Below are positions 39,323 through 49,167 of a stretch of DNA of 64,000 nt, piece after piece. The stretch's first letter is position 1, and each line of letters begins with the position of its first letter. This stretch comes from Bacillota bacterium. GTDB lineage: Bacteria > Bacillota > Negativicutes > CTSoil-072. The notes under the pieces are model-generated. The model did no database searches. It worked only from the letters and a program-made list of their open reading frames with translations, and was not told where the DNA came from. Location of the stretch: positions 82,435 to 146,434 of the forward strand of contig JAGFZV010000007.1 in NCBI GenBank assembly GCA_017889545.1, given 5' to 3'. The position numbers and the translations under genes were made by a program.

Positions 39323-40294
39323 TTATTTTACTGTTGCAATCATGCTGCGAATATCGATTGGTTTCGTCAGCATCCCGTTTTGTTTCAGAAATTCCTGAGT
39401 TTTTTCCAAATCTATGATGTCACTTTCCTTAATGGTTGGATCAAAATCATATAATCCAACCATGTTTTTCACCTGCTCTAAAGAAAGCCCGGTTTCTTGT
39501 GCCGTCATGCCATAAATCTCTTCGGGATGATCCTTCATATACTGCAAGCTTGCTGTATGAACATTCAAGTATCGCTTTACTAAATCCGGATATTTTGCCA
39601 AAAAATCTTCACGCACGGCAATCACAATTGTCGCGTCCAACAGCCCTTCGCCAGTAGTAACAATATGCGCGCCCGCTTCGATTGCTTTCGATACTGCCGG
39701 TCCTGCGATTAATGCCGCTTCGACATTGCCATTCAGCATTGCCGTCATCGCCGGAGGGATACCCATGTTTATGAAAGCAACATCATCTGCTTTCAGGCCT
39801 TCTTTCGCTTGCGCAGCTAACAGCAATTGATGAAGTATAGTCCCTTTCGGACCGGCTACTTGCTTTCCTTTTAAATCCGCAACGGTTTTAATCGCCGGGT
39901 CTTTTGCCATGAGTGTAAATGCCTTCGGCGCCCTGCTGTACATACCGATGACTTTTAATTTTACTCCGTTTGATGCCGCCAATATGGCTGAAGTACCGCC
40001 TAAAGCATTGGAAAAATCTAAGGAGCCTGCTGCCATCGCTTCCGTCATTTTAGGTCCTTCGGTAATTTCAGGAAAAACTACTTTTATATTGTCTTTCCCG
40101 AATTCCTTTTCGAATAAGTTCAGCTTCTTTTCCACTATGGAAGGGACATTCAGCGGTAATTTTACATATGAAATATTGATCGTGTCTGCTTTGGGCGCAG
40201 CGGCCGGCTGGTCCTTCTTCCCTTGCCCTCCGCAACCTGCCGTTATCATTGCCGCAAGAAGAATCGGCACAAGAAATTTTCCAATCACTTTCAT
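39323..40294 (-). CDS. ABC transporter substrate-binding lipoprotein, NitT/TauT (SsuA/NMT1-like) family
   Basis: Lipobox LAAMITAGC. SsuA/TauA-like periplasmic binding fold. Confidence 0.7.
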   Translation of the reverse strand: MKVIGKFLVPILLAAMITAGCGGQGKKDQPAAAPKADTINISYVKLPLNVPSIVEKKLNLFEKEFGKDNIKVVFPEITEGPKMTEAMAAGSLDFSNALGGTSAILAASNGVKLKVIGMYSRAPKAFTLMAKDPAIKTVADLKGKQVAGPKGTILHQLLLAAQAKEGLKADDVAFINMGIPPAMTAMLNGNVEAALIAGPAVSKAIEAGAHIVTTGEGLLDATIVIAVREDFLAKYPDLVKRYLNVHTASLQYMKDHPEEIYGMTAQETGLSLEQVKNMVGLYDFDPTIKESDIIDLEKTQEFLKQNGMLTKPIDIRSMIATVK

Positions 40295-40326
40295 TTTACA
40301 CATCTCCTTTTCCTAATTGGGAAACT

Positions 40327-41070
40327 CTAATCACTCATAATGGTATTCATAATATCTTCACGCAAAAGGAAGAAAGCTTGTTCCGTTATGATGCGCGGGT
40401 AGTCAAGCGGAATTTCGACTTCCCGGACCACCCGTCCGGAATCCAGAATCACCGTTTTCTGGCCCAAAAAAACAGCTTCATCGACATCATGGGTAACAAA
40501 AACAATCGTTTTTCGCTGATATTGGAAAATATCAACCATTTCCCTTTGTAAATTTCGCCGCGTAAATGCGTCCAATGCACCCAATGGCTCGTCCATTAAG
40601 ATCAAATCCGGATCATAACATAACGTTCTGCCGACTGCAACCCGCTGCGCCATGCCGCCGGAAATCTGCCGGGGATATGCATCCTTGAACCGTTTCAGAC
40701 CAAGCATGGAGAGGAACCGTTCCACTGTTGCCTGCACTTTTTTGCTGTCCGGTTCATGGATAAGAGCCATCGCCATATTTTGTTCCACTGTCAACCAGGG
40801 CATTAAGCGAGGCTCCTGAAAAACCATACTGATCCTCTGCTCTTCACGGCTTTTCACTTTGCCTTCAACAGTAAACGTGATATTTCCGGATGTCAATGGT
40901 TCTAAATCGCATATCAGACGTAATAATGTGCTTTTTCCGCAGCCGCTTTTCCCCACAACAGTTACAAAACTGCCATCAGCAATCGACAGATTTACATTAG
41001 ACAAGGCATGGACCGGAACTCCTTTGATATAATAAACTTTTGTCGCTCCCCGAATTTCAACCCCTGCCAT
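40327..41070 (-). CDS. ABC transporter ATP-binding protein (NitT/TauT family)
   Basis: GKSGCGKST Walker A. LSGGMAQRVAVGR signature. ILMDEPLGALD Walker B. Confidence 0.85.
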   Translation of the reverse strand: MAGVEIRGATKVYYIKGVPVHALSNVNLSIADGSFVTVVGKSGCGKSTLLRLICDLEPLTSGNITFTVEGKVKSREEQRISMVFQEPRLMPWLTVEQNMAMALIHEPDSKKVQATVERFLSMLGLKRFKDAYPRQISGGMAQRVAVGRTLCYDPDLILMDEPLGALDAFTRRNLQREMVDIFQYQRKTIVFVTHDVDEAVFLGQKTVILDSGRVVREVEIPLDYPRIITEQAFFLLREDIMNTIMSD

Positions 41071-41821
41071 AGTCCACCTGCCTGTCTTCCCACGGCATAA
41101 AATAATCCGTAAGTTTTAAGAAGCCATAATCAATACAATAGCCAAAAACACCAATCGTGATAATACCAACGAAGATAATATCCGGACGGGAAATCTGCTC
41201 CGCATCAATAATCATGTAGCCAATGCCGGAGGATGCCGCAATCAATTCAGCACCGATCAGAGACCGCCAACTGTATCCCAGTCCAAGACGCATTCCCAAA
41301 ATAATCGATGGCAAAGCGGAAGGAAGAATAATTTTCCGAAATCGTTCTAATGCAGTAAACTCGAAAACCTGGCCCACCTCAAGGAGTTTTTTGTCGCATC
41401 CTAACACACCGTTCAACGTGTTCAAAAAAACAGGAAAAAATGTGGCCAGCATAATAATCGCTATTTTGGGAGGCTCACCAATACCAAACCACAAAATCAA
41501 TATGGGAATGCAGGCCAATGGCGGCACATGCCGGATAAAATCCAAAATCGGATCAAAATAATCATTCCACTTTTTGTTCATTCCGAGGATAACCGCCAGC
41601 GGAAATGCCAGCATAAACGTTAAGGCAAACCCAAATAAAACGCGATATAAACTGATGCCGATATGCTTAAACAATACTCCGGTTTCAATAAGGCTGGACA
41701 TCGTACCGGCAATCGTAACCGGCGAAGGCAAAAGATAACTATTGAAAAAACCGGTTAGGGAACCGAAAAGCCATAACAACACGATCACAAGGGGGATGAT
41801 TATTCCTTTGATCAGTTTCAT
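41057..41821 (-). CDS. ABC transporter permease (NitT/TauT family)
   Basis: 254 aa, 6 TM helices, EAA-like loop. 14-nt overlap with the ATPase gene. Confidence 0.8.
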   Translation of the reverse strand: MKLIKGIIIPLVIVLLWLFGSLTGFFNSYLLPSPVTIAGTMSSLIETGVLFKHIGISLYRVLFGFALTFMLAFPLAVILGMNKKWNDYFDPILDFIRHVPPLACIPILILWFGIGEPPKIAIIMLATFFPVFLNTLNGVLGCDKKLLEVGQVFEFTALERFRKIILPSALPSIILGMRLGLGYSWRSLIGAELIAASSGIGYMIIDAEQISRPDIIFVGIITIGVFGYCIDYGFLKLTDYFMPWEDRQVDYGRG

Positions 41822-41993
41822 TGTTCCTCCTAGAATGAATAAGGGCCTTTTCCTTTATAGAAAAAGGCCCCGCTTTCTAATTCGCGCAGCATTCCTTTTT
41901 CCTCCCGCTCAGGACAACAATTCCCCTGCTATCAGAAAAATATACCATTACCTTGGTAAAATCATTATATCACTACCAATTTTTGTTGGTCAA
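41822..41993 (-). promoter_or_regulatory. Sigma-70-type promoter and 135-nt leader with a hairpin abutting the RBS (SsuABC-like operon)
   Basis: Minus strand TTGACC-18-TATAAT (plus 41988-41993 and 41964-41969). Leader hairpin GGGCCTTTT-n10-AAAAGGCCC (plus 41844-41872) sits directly 5' of AGGAGG. Confidence 0.55.
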
Positions 41994-42081
41994 TCTAATT
42001 TATCTTGCACAGCGGCAGGAAATATCAGCCATTTCAAAGAAATAACGGCTCATACAGTATCTTAAGACAGGGGGTTCCGCT

Positions 42082-43686
42082 TTGAATTGGAAAAATATTC
42101 TTTTTAGCATTTTCCTCATTGCGATAACCGGTTCTTTGCTAACGGGCTGCCTAACCGCTCAAAAATCATCTAAAAATGCATTACGCTATTCAGCCGGCGC
42201 TGAACCGCAAACCTTGGACCCAAGGAAATCAACCGGCCTGCCGGAAGCAAATATCGAGGCGCAAATTTTCGAGGGACTTACTACCATCGGTCCTAATGGG
42301 CAACCTTTGCCTGCCGTCGCAGAATATTGGACAATTTCCGCTGATGGCTTGCATTACAAATTTTTTCTACGGAAAAATGCCCGCTGGTCGAACGGTGATC
42401 CTGTGATCGCCAAGGATTTTGAATATGCCTGGAAATCAGCGTTAAATCCTAAACTGGCGAGTGAATATGCCTATCAGTTGTATTATTTAAAAAATGGCGA
42501 AGCGTATAACAAAGGCTTTACCGACGAAACTCAAGTAGGCGTAAATGCATTGGACGCTCATACGTTGGAAATCGATTTGGAGCAGCCTACGGCATATTTT
42601 CTTTCCCTCCTGGCCTTTCATACTTATTACCCCGTTCATCTTCAGACTGTTCAAAACAACGACCTTTGGGCAACAGAACCAAAAACATTGGTCGGTAACG
42701 GGCCTTTTAAAATAACAAATTGGATCCATAACAGCAAAATAGAGTTCAGTCAAAATGACTTTTATTGGGACATTGATAAAGTGAAAATTAAGAGTCTTGA
42801 ATTCATCTTGACAGAAAGCAGCGCGGCCGAGTTGGCAATGTTCGAAAATAAACAAATCGATGTCGGAGAAAACATTCCTGTTTCCGAATATCCCCGATTG
42901 TTGGATGCCGGCGTTTTAAAAATCAATCCTTTTCTGGGAACGTATTTCTTCTGTTTTAATACAACAAAGCCTCCTCTCGATAACCCGAAAGTAAGAAAGG
43001 CGCTATCTCTGGCTATCAATCGTGAAGAACTAATACAGCATGTTACCAAAGGCGGTCAAAAACCTGCTTTAGCCTGGGTTCCCTATGGTTTAGCCGATGC
43101 AGCCGGAACTGCCGATTTCCGATTGGTTGGCGGCAGCTATCTGCAAGATAACGATATTGCCACAGCCCGCCGTCTCCTGGCGGAAGCCGGATATCCGGAA
43201 GGACAAGGGTTACCGGTCATCGCTCTCTTGTACAATACGAATGAAATGCATAAAGCGATTGCCGAAGCAGTCCAGGAAATGTGGAAAAAAAATTTAGGCA
43301 TTTCAGTCAATTTAACAAACCAGGAATGGAAGGTTTTCCTCAACTCACGCCACAAAGGCGACTACCAAATTGCCCGCCATGGCTGGATCGGCGATTACGC
43401 CGACCCCATGACCTTTATCGACATGTTTATGTCCGATAGCGGCAACAATGACGCCCAGTATAAAAATCCCGAATATGATCGTTTGGTGAAAGCTGCCAAA
43501 TCGGCTTCCGATCCCAGACTGCGAATGCAGATAATGCATGCTGCTGAACAGCTATTATTTGACGATGCAGTACTTGCTCCAGTATATTTTTATACTCGCC
43601 CCTTATTAATTCGGCCGTCAATAAAAGGAGTTCTTCACTCTGTACTGGGCGTCATCTATTTTAAAGAAGCTTATATTGAGCAATAG
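42082..43686 (+). CDS. oppA: Peptide/nickel ABC transporter substrate-binding lipoprotein (family 5, OppA/DppA-like)
   Basis: Probable TTG start after GGGGG. Lipobox LLTGC. SBP_bac_5 fold. Confidence 0.8.
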   Translation: MNWKNILFSIFLIAITGSLLTGCLTAQKSSKNALRYSAGAEPQTLDPRKSTGLPEANIEAQIFEGLTTIGPNGQPLPAVAEYWTISADGLHYKFFLRKNARWSNGDPVIAKDFEYAWKSALNPKLASEYAYQLYYLKNGEAYNKGFTDETQVGVNALDAHTLEIDLEQPTAYFLSLLAFHTYYPVHLQTVQNNDLWATEPKTLVGNGPFKITNWIHNSKIEFSQNDFYWDIDKVKIKSLEFILTESSAAELAMFENKQIDVGENIPVSEYPRLLDAGVLKINPFLGTYFFCFNTTKPPLDNPKVRKALSLAINREELIQHVTKGGQKPALAWVPYGLADAAGTADFRLVGGSYLQDNDIATARRLLAEAGYPEGQGLPVIALLYNTNEMHKAIAEAVQEMWKKNLGISVNLTNQEWKVFLNSRHKGDYQIARHGWIGDYADPMTFIDMFMSDSGNNDAQYKNPEYDRLVKAAKSASDPRLRMQIMHAAEQLLFDDAVLAPVYFYTRPLLIRPSIKGVLHSVLGVIYFKEAYIEQ

Positions 43687-43704
43687 TGAAAGGAGCTGTG
43701 TTAC

Positions 43705-44637
43705 GTGATGCACTTTCTGATCCATCGGCTGGCCTCCATGTTTCTTGTCTTATTTGTGATCATCACCGCAACCTTTCTGCTGATGCACGCTATTCCAGGC
43801 GGTCCTTTTACCACGGAAAAGAATTTGCCGGAAGCAATTCAAAAAAATATGGAAGAACGCTATCACCTGAACGACCCCTTATGGAAACAATATGCAGATT
43901 ATTTAGCTCATGTCGCAAGCGGCGATCTAGGTCCTTCTTTTAAGTATGAAAACCGTTCTGTCAATGACCTGATCCGGGAAAGTTTTCCTGTATCCGCGGA
44001 ATTAGGAGTAATCGCCATATTTTGGGCCATTTGTTTGGGGATACCGGCCGGAATCATTGCCGCAGTTTACCATAATCGCTGGCCTGATTATATTGCTATG
44101 TTTTTAACTACAATAGGAATATCCGTTCCGGGTTTTATTCTTGCCGCCTTGCTCATTTTTGTCTTTGCTCTGCAGTTGGGCTGGCTTCCGGCCGCATTAT
44201 GGGAAGGTCCTTCATCAACTGTATTGCCGGCTCTGGCTTTGACAGGATTGCCCACCGCTTTTATTGCCCGCCTGACTCGTTCCGGGATGCTGGAAGTTCT
44301 TAACCAGGATTACATTCGGACCGTTCGCGCTAAAGGCTTGTCTCAATATACTATTTTAACCCGTCATGCACTTAAGAACGCTCTGATCCCGGTGGTTACG
44401 TATTTAGGGCCTCTCATTGCCGGGATCCTTACCGGCAGTTTTGTGATTGAAACCATTTTTGCCATTCCCGGGCTGGGACGCCACTTCGTTACCAGTATTT
44501 ATAACCGCGATTATACCGTAATCCTGGGCATCACGATATTTTACAGCGCTTTGCTTGTCACCTTGAACCTCTTGGTGGATATCGTTTATGCGCTGTTAGA
44601 TCCGCGAATAAAGTTAAATGAAGGAAAGGATGATTAA
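43705..44637 (+). CDS. oppB: Oligopeptide ABC transporter permease
   Basis: 310 aa. OppB/DppB pattern with an EAA loop (IRTVRAKGLSQ). Confidence 0.85.
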   Translation: MMHFLIHRLASMFLVLFVIITATFLLMHAIPGGPFTTEKNLPEAIQKNMEERYHLNDPLWKQYADYLAHVASGDLGPSFKYENRSVNDLIRESFPVSAELGVIAIFWAICLGIPAGIIAAVYHNRWPDYIAMFLTTIGISVPGFILAALLIFVFALQLGWLPAALWEGPSSTVLPALALTGLPTAFIARLTRSGMLEVLNQDYIRTVRAKGLSQYTILTRHALKNALIPVVTYLGPLIAGILTGSFVIETIFAIPGLGRHFVTSIYNRDYTVILGITIFYSALLVTLNLLVDIVYALLDPRIKLNEGKDD

Positions 44638-45553
44638 TATGCACATCACTCCTTCAGCCTTTCATCGGACACCTTTTCCGCAAGAACCGCTCTCAACCGC
44701 TTCAGCAACAGGCACGTCATACTGGCAAGATGCATGGCGTCGACTGCAAAACAATAAGCTTGCCATAGCCGGACTAATTTTTATCCTGCTAATCACTTTA
44801 GCGGCGATTGCAGGTCCCCATTTTTCCGGTTATTCTTACGCAGACCAAAATCTTCCAGAAGCAAACCAACCTCCGTCTTCCATGCATTGGTTCGGGACCG
44901 ACAACCTCGGTAGAGATCTGATGACCAGAGTTTTGTACGGCGCCCGTATTTCTCTATCGATCGGGATCGCTGCCAGTCTCATCAATCTCACAGTCGGTGT
45001 CCTGTATGGCGGAATAGCCGGCTATGCCGGCGGCCGTATTGATAATATCATGATGCGAATTGTTGACATCCTTTACGGCATCCCGCTTCTTCTTTACGTC
45101 ATATTATTAATGGTTGTTCTCGGGCCGGGCTTACTGAATATTTTTCTGGCTCTTGGATTGGTATATTGGTTGGGCATGGCTCGAATTGTACGGGGACAAA
45201 TCTTAACGATTAAAAAACAAGAATATGTATTAGCCGCGCGTCTAACCGGCGCCAGCTCTGCCAGAATACTGCTCCGGCATTTAATTCCCAACAGCATAGG
45301 TCCAATTCTAATCACAACAACACTTGCTATTCCAGAAGCAATTTTCACTGAAGCGTTCCTCAGTTTCATCGGCTTGGGCGTTTCTGCCCCCATGGCAAGC
45401 TGGGGCGTTCTGGCCTCAGAAGGGGTTGTCAGTTTGCGGTCATACCCGTTTCAACTCTTGTACCCTGCTTTAGCAATCAGCATTACCATGTTATCTTTTA
45501 ACTTTCTCGGGGATGGTCTGCGGGATTCGCTTGACCCAAGAATGCGCAAATAA
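44618..45553 (+). CDS. oppC: Oligopeptide ABC transporter permease
   Basis: 311 aa. OppC/DppC pattern (LAARLTGASSARIL). Start may be 44630 or 44639. Confidence 0.85.
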   Translation: MKERMINMHITPSAFHRTPFPQEPLSTASATGTSYWQDAWRRLQNNKLAIAGLIFILLITLAAIAGPHFSGYSYADQNLPEANQPPSSMHWFGTDNLGRDLMTRVLYGARISLSIGIAASLINLTVGVLYGGIAGYAGGRIDNIMMRIVDILYGIPLLLYVILLMVVLGPGLLNIFLALGLVYWLGMARIVRGQILTIKKQEYVLAARLTGASSARILLRHLIPNSIGPILITTTLAIPEAIFTEAFLSFIGLGVSAPMASWGVLASEGVVSLRSYPFQLLYPALAISITMLSFNFLGDGLRDSLDPRMRK

Positions 45554-45565
45554 GGAGTTGTCGGT

Positions 45566-46579
45566 ATGCCGGTACTATTAGATGTACAAAACCTTTCTGT
45601 CATTTTTCACACATATGCTGGGACCGTTCGGGCTGTCAATAACGTCAGTTTCACAGTAAACCAAGGTAAAATCATAGGCATCGTTGGTGAATCGGGCTGC
45701 GGCAAAAGTGCGACAGCACAGGCGATCATGGGGATACTTCCACAACCGCCCGCCGAAATGATCAGTGGCGGAATTTACCTTGATGCAGCAGAACTGACTG
45801 CCTTGTCGGAAAAAGAGTTGCAACATATCCGCGGCAAAAAAATGAGTATGATTTTTCAAGATCCAATGACTGCCTTAAACCCGGTACTGACAATTGGCCT
45901 GCAAATCGCAGAAATGTTTATGCACCATCAACACTTAGCTTATAAAGATGCATTACTGCAAGCGGAAAAAGCGTTGTATTCCGTTGACATTCCAGCTCCC
46001 AAGGCCCGTCTTGAACAATATCCGCACCAATTAAGCGGAGGCATGCGCCAACGGGTAATGATTGCGATGGCATTGGCTTGTCAACCGAAACTGATCATCG
46101 CTGACGAGCCGACGACTGCACTTGATGTAACGATACAAGCGCAAATCATCGATTTGCTGCGATCAAAAAACCAAAAATTAGGCACTTCTATTATTTTAAT
46201 TTCTCATGATTTAGGCGTCATAGCCAGTCTTTGCCAGCGAGTTCTTGTCATGTATGCTGGTGAAATCATCGAAGCCGCCCCAGCCGCTGATCTATATCGT
46301 CTGCCAGCTCACCCTTATACTTACGGATTACTGCAATCAGTCCCACGGCCTGACCGCAAAAACCATGGTTTGCTCTCTATTGCCGGTCAACCGCCAAATC
46401 TCCTAAAAATTTCTTCTGGGTGTTCTTTTGGCCCGCGCTGTTCTTATTCCATGGAAATTTGCCGGCAAAAACCGCCTCTGCTGTCCGTTGGCGAACAACA
46501 TGCTACCCGTTGCTGGCTGGCTCACACAGATTCACCGCACCGGCAAATGCTCTTGCAAGGAGGGCTATTGATCAAATGA
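45566..46579 (+). CDS. oppD: Oligopeptide ABC transporter ATP-binding protein
   Basis: GESGCGKS. LSGGMRQRVMIA. C-terminal oligopeptide-ABC Cys motif (CSFGPRC...C). Confidence 0.85.
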   Translation: MPVLLDVQNLSVIFHTYAGTVRAVNNVSFTVNQGKIIGIVGESGCGKSATAQAIMGILPQPPAEMISGGIYLDAAELTALSEKELQHIRGKKMSMIFQDPMTALNPVLTIGLQIAEMFMHHQHLAYKDALLQAEKALYSVDIPAPKARLEQYPHQLSGGMRQRVMIAMALACQPKLIIADEPTTALDVTIQAQIIDLLRSKNQKLGTSIILISHDLGVIASLCQRVLVMYAGEIIEAAPAADLYRLPAHPYTYGLLQSVPRPDRKNHGLLSIAGQPPNLLKISSGCSFGPRCSYSMEICRQKPPLLSVGEQHATRCWLAHTDSPHRQMLLQGGLLIK

Positions 46580-47553
46580 ACACAACGATTTTATCTGTCG
46601 ATCGTCTCAGCAAATTTTTTGTCTTAAACCGGACTTTTTTAGGAAACGCTGCTGCAACCGTTAAAGCGGTAGATACTGTAAGCTTTAGTATATTTCCAGG
46701 GGAAACGTTAGGTTTGGTGGGTGAAACAGGCTGCGGAAAATCAACTCTTGCCCGAACAATTGCCGGCCTATATTCACCGACGGAGGGAAAAGTTCTGTTT
46801 AAAGGGCAAAACATTCACTGTGACCATGGAAAAGAAACGAACATGCTGTTCAAGCGCCAAATACAAATGATCTTTCAAGATCCCTATTCATCACTAAACC
46901 CCCGGATGACCATTCATGATATTATTGAAGAGCCGCTTAACATTCACAAACTCGCAAAAGGAAAAGAAAAAGAAGCGCGAATTTCATCTCTTTTGCTTCA
47001 AGTGGGATTAAACCCGGAATATGGCAGCCGTTTCCCGCATGAGTGCAGCGGCGGGCAAAGGCAAAGGGTCGGAATTGCACGTGCCTTGGCAGTAAGTCCG
47101 GAATTGATTGTCTGTGACGAACCAATTTCCGCATTGGATGTATCCATTCAGGCGCAAATTATCAACTTATTAGAACAACTGCAAACCGAGTTAAGATTGA
47201 CATACTTATTCATAGCACACGATTTATCAATGGTTCGCCATATCAGCACGCGTGTTGCTGTGATGTATCTTGGTTCATTAGTGGAATTGGCGTCAACAGA
47301 AGAACTATATTCTCATCCTTTGCATCCTTACACGCAAGCATTGCTTTCTGCCATTCCCATTCCTGATCCGGCTATTGAGTCTCACCGGAAACGAATACTG
47401 TTGCCTGGTGATATTCCCAGCCCCCTTGATCCGCCATCCGGATGCAAATTCCACAGCAGGTGCCATTATGCAATGCCAATTTGCCAAAAATCTCCTCCGG
47501 AACTAACCGCAACGGATCTCAATCACTATACAGCCTGTCATTTGGTAAAGTAA
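46576..47553 (+). CDS. oppF: Oligopeptide ABC transporter ATP-binding protein
   Basis: Start MNTTILSV with ATGA overlap onto oppD. GETGCGKST. CSGGQRQRVGIA. C-terminal CKFHSRC. Confidence 0.85.
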   Translation: MNTTILSVDRLSKFFVLNRTFLGNAAATVKAVDTVSFSIFPGETLGLVGETGCGKSTLARTIAGLYSPTEGKVLFKGQNIHCDHGKETNMLFKRQIQMIFQDPYSSLNPRMTIHDIIEEPLNIHKLAKGKEKEARISSLLLQVGLNPEYGSRFPHECSGGQRQRVGIARALAVSPELIVCDEPISALDVSIQAQIINLLEQLQTELRLTYLFIAHDLSMVRHISTRVAVMYLGSLVELASTEELYSHPLHPYTQALLSAIPIPDPAIESHRKRILLPGDIPSPLDPPSGCKFHSRCHYAMPICQKSPPELTATDLNHYTACHLVK

Positions 47554-47628
47554 GGCGTTACCAAAAAATTATTACCTATCCTCCTGTAGGGAAATATATA
47601 CACGATAGCTAATATAATCATTATACAA

Positions 47629-49038
47629 TTGAAAAAACGAGGTGATCAAATGCCTGGACAACCCTCTTCTCTGGACATCCGTCCCCGCATCCTGTATCAG
47701 GTTGCAAAAGCAGCCTGGGAGGGGCAATTGTTTGACCGGCGGGAAGAGATCTGTCAACTGGTTCTTACTGAATTCCAAGACAAAGCCAGCCGCCGCCAAG
47801 TAGCGAATCAAATCCGGATTGCAATGGGCTTAAATCCGCATGATTCCGACACAGTAATTGCAGAAAGTGATGAAGAGGCCTTGATGGGCTTGGGCAGCGA
47901 GCCTGTTATCGTCGCTAATACAGCTGCCTGTGAACGTTGTCCTGAAAACAACAGAAATTGTGAAAACATTTGTCCGCTTGGCGCCATCAGTAAAGATGAG
48001 TATGGAATACTGAAAATCGACCATGATCGGTGCCTGGGAGAAGGCGACTGCATATCAGCTTGTTCTTTTGGCGCGCTGGCGGAAAAATCCCAGTTTGTTC
48101 CTCTCATCCACTTGCTGCAACAAAAGACAAATCCGGTTTATGTTTCTCTTGCTCCTGCTTTTGTAGGACAATTTGGACCGGAAGTCTCACCTGGCAAACT
48201 AAGATCCGCACTATTGCGTCTGGGTTTCACGGATGTAGTGGAAACGGCCCTGTACGCCGACTTGATTACGATCAAGGAAGCCTTTGAATTTGATGATCAT
48301 GTTAAAACAACAGATGACTTCATGATCACCAGCTGTTGTTGCCCGGTATGGATAAAACTCATTGAAAACAAATTCCCTGAATTAATGCCGCATATCTCAC
48401 CTTCCGTTTCTCCCATGGTGGCATCCGCCCGTGTAATCAAAACGCTCGTTCCAGATGCCAAAGTGGTCTTTATCGGTCCTTGCATAGCAAAGAAAACAGA
48501 AGCCACTTTGCCGGACTTGCAAGGCGCAGTCGATTATGTACTGACGTTTCAGGAGCTGCAGGCGATCTTCGCTGCTGCCGCCATCTCACCTGCAGAACAA
48601 CCGGATGAAGAAAATCCGCAAGCATCTTGGAGCGGCCGGATTTACGCCCGTACAGGCGGCGTAAGCGAAGCAGTTGCCACCACCCTGCAAAAATTGGTTC
48701 CCCGCAGAGCATTAACGTTAATGCCGGTGAAAGTGGATGGAATACCTGACTGTCAAAAAATACTTGACCAAATTAAGCAAGGGCAGCTGTCCGCCAACTT
48801 CGTGGAAGGAATGGCTTGCAAAGGCGGCTGCGTTGGCGGCCCGGGACGAATAATTCCACCTGCCGAAGCCACCCTCCTTACAAACGAATACGGCAATCAG
48901 GCTAAATCCCAGACCCCTGTGGAAAATCCCGAAGTGTATACAATCCTTGCCCAGCTCGGTCAAGACCAAAAGATGCCGGCATTAACCGGGCAAAGTCCGA
49001 TGGGCTTGATTTTGGCACGGAAACTTGCTAAGAAGTAA
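47629..49038 (+). CDS. [FeFe]-hydrogenase H-domain protein with a non-canonical N-terminal Cys-rich region
   Basis: H-cluster motifs L1 TSCCCPVW, L2 GPCIAKKTE, L3 EGMACKGGCVGGPG. N-terminus has C-x2-C-x6-C-x3-CP and C-x5-C-x3-C instead of standard 2x[4Fe-4S] ferredoxin motifs, and a roughly 90-aa unrecognised leader. Probable start is the ATG at about 47650 (RBS AGGTGA). Confidence 0.75.
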   Translation: MKKRGDQMPGQPSSLDIRPRILYQVAKAAWEGQLFDRREEICQLVLTEFQDKASRRQVANQIRIAMGLNPHDSDTVIAESDEEALMGLGSEPVIVANTAACERCPENNRNCENICPLGAISKDEYGILKIDHDRCLGEGDCISACSFGALAEKSQFVPLIHLLQQKTNPVYVSLAPAFVGQFGPEVSPGKLRSALLRLGFTDVVETALYADLITIKEAFEFDDHVKTTDDFMITSCCCPVWIKLIENKFPELMPHISPSVSPMVASARVIKTLVPDAKVVFIGPCIAKKTEATLPDLQGAVDYVLTFQELQAIFAAAAISPAEQPDEENPQASWSGRIYARTGGVSEAVATTLQKLVPRRALTLMPVKVDGIPDCQKILDQIKQGQLSANFVEGMACKGGCVGGPGRIIPPAEATLLTNEYGNQAKSQTPVENPEVYTILAQLGQDQKMPALTGQSPMGLILARKLAKK

Positions 49039-49167
49039 ATCCTTTTATACCATTCCAAATATTCCATTTTTTGCGTATTTTGTATACTTTATGCTATTGC
49101 ATTCTCTGCCAAATCGTTCTACAATGAATCATACCAATGAACAAAATCAATCGCGAAGGGTGATTAA

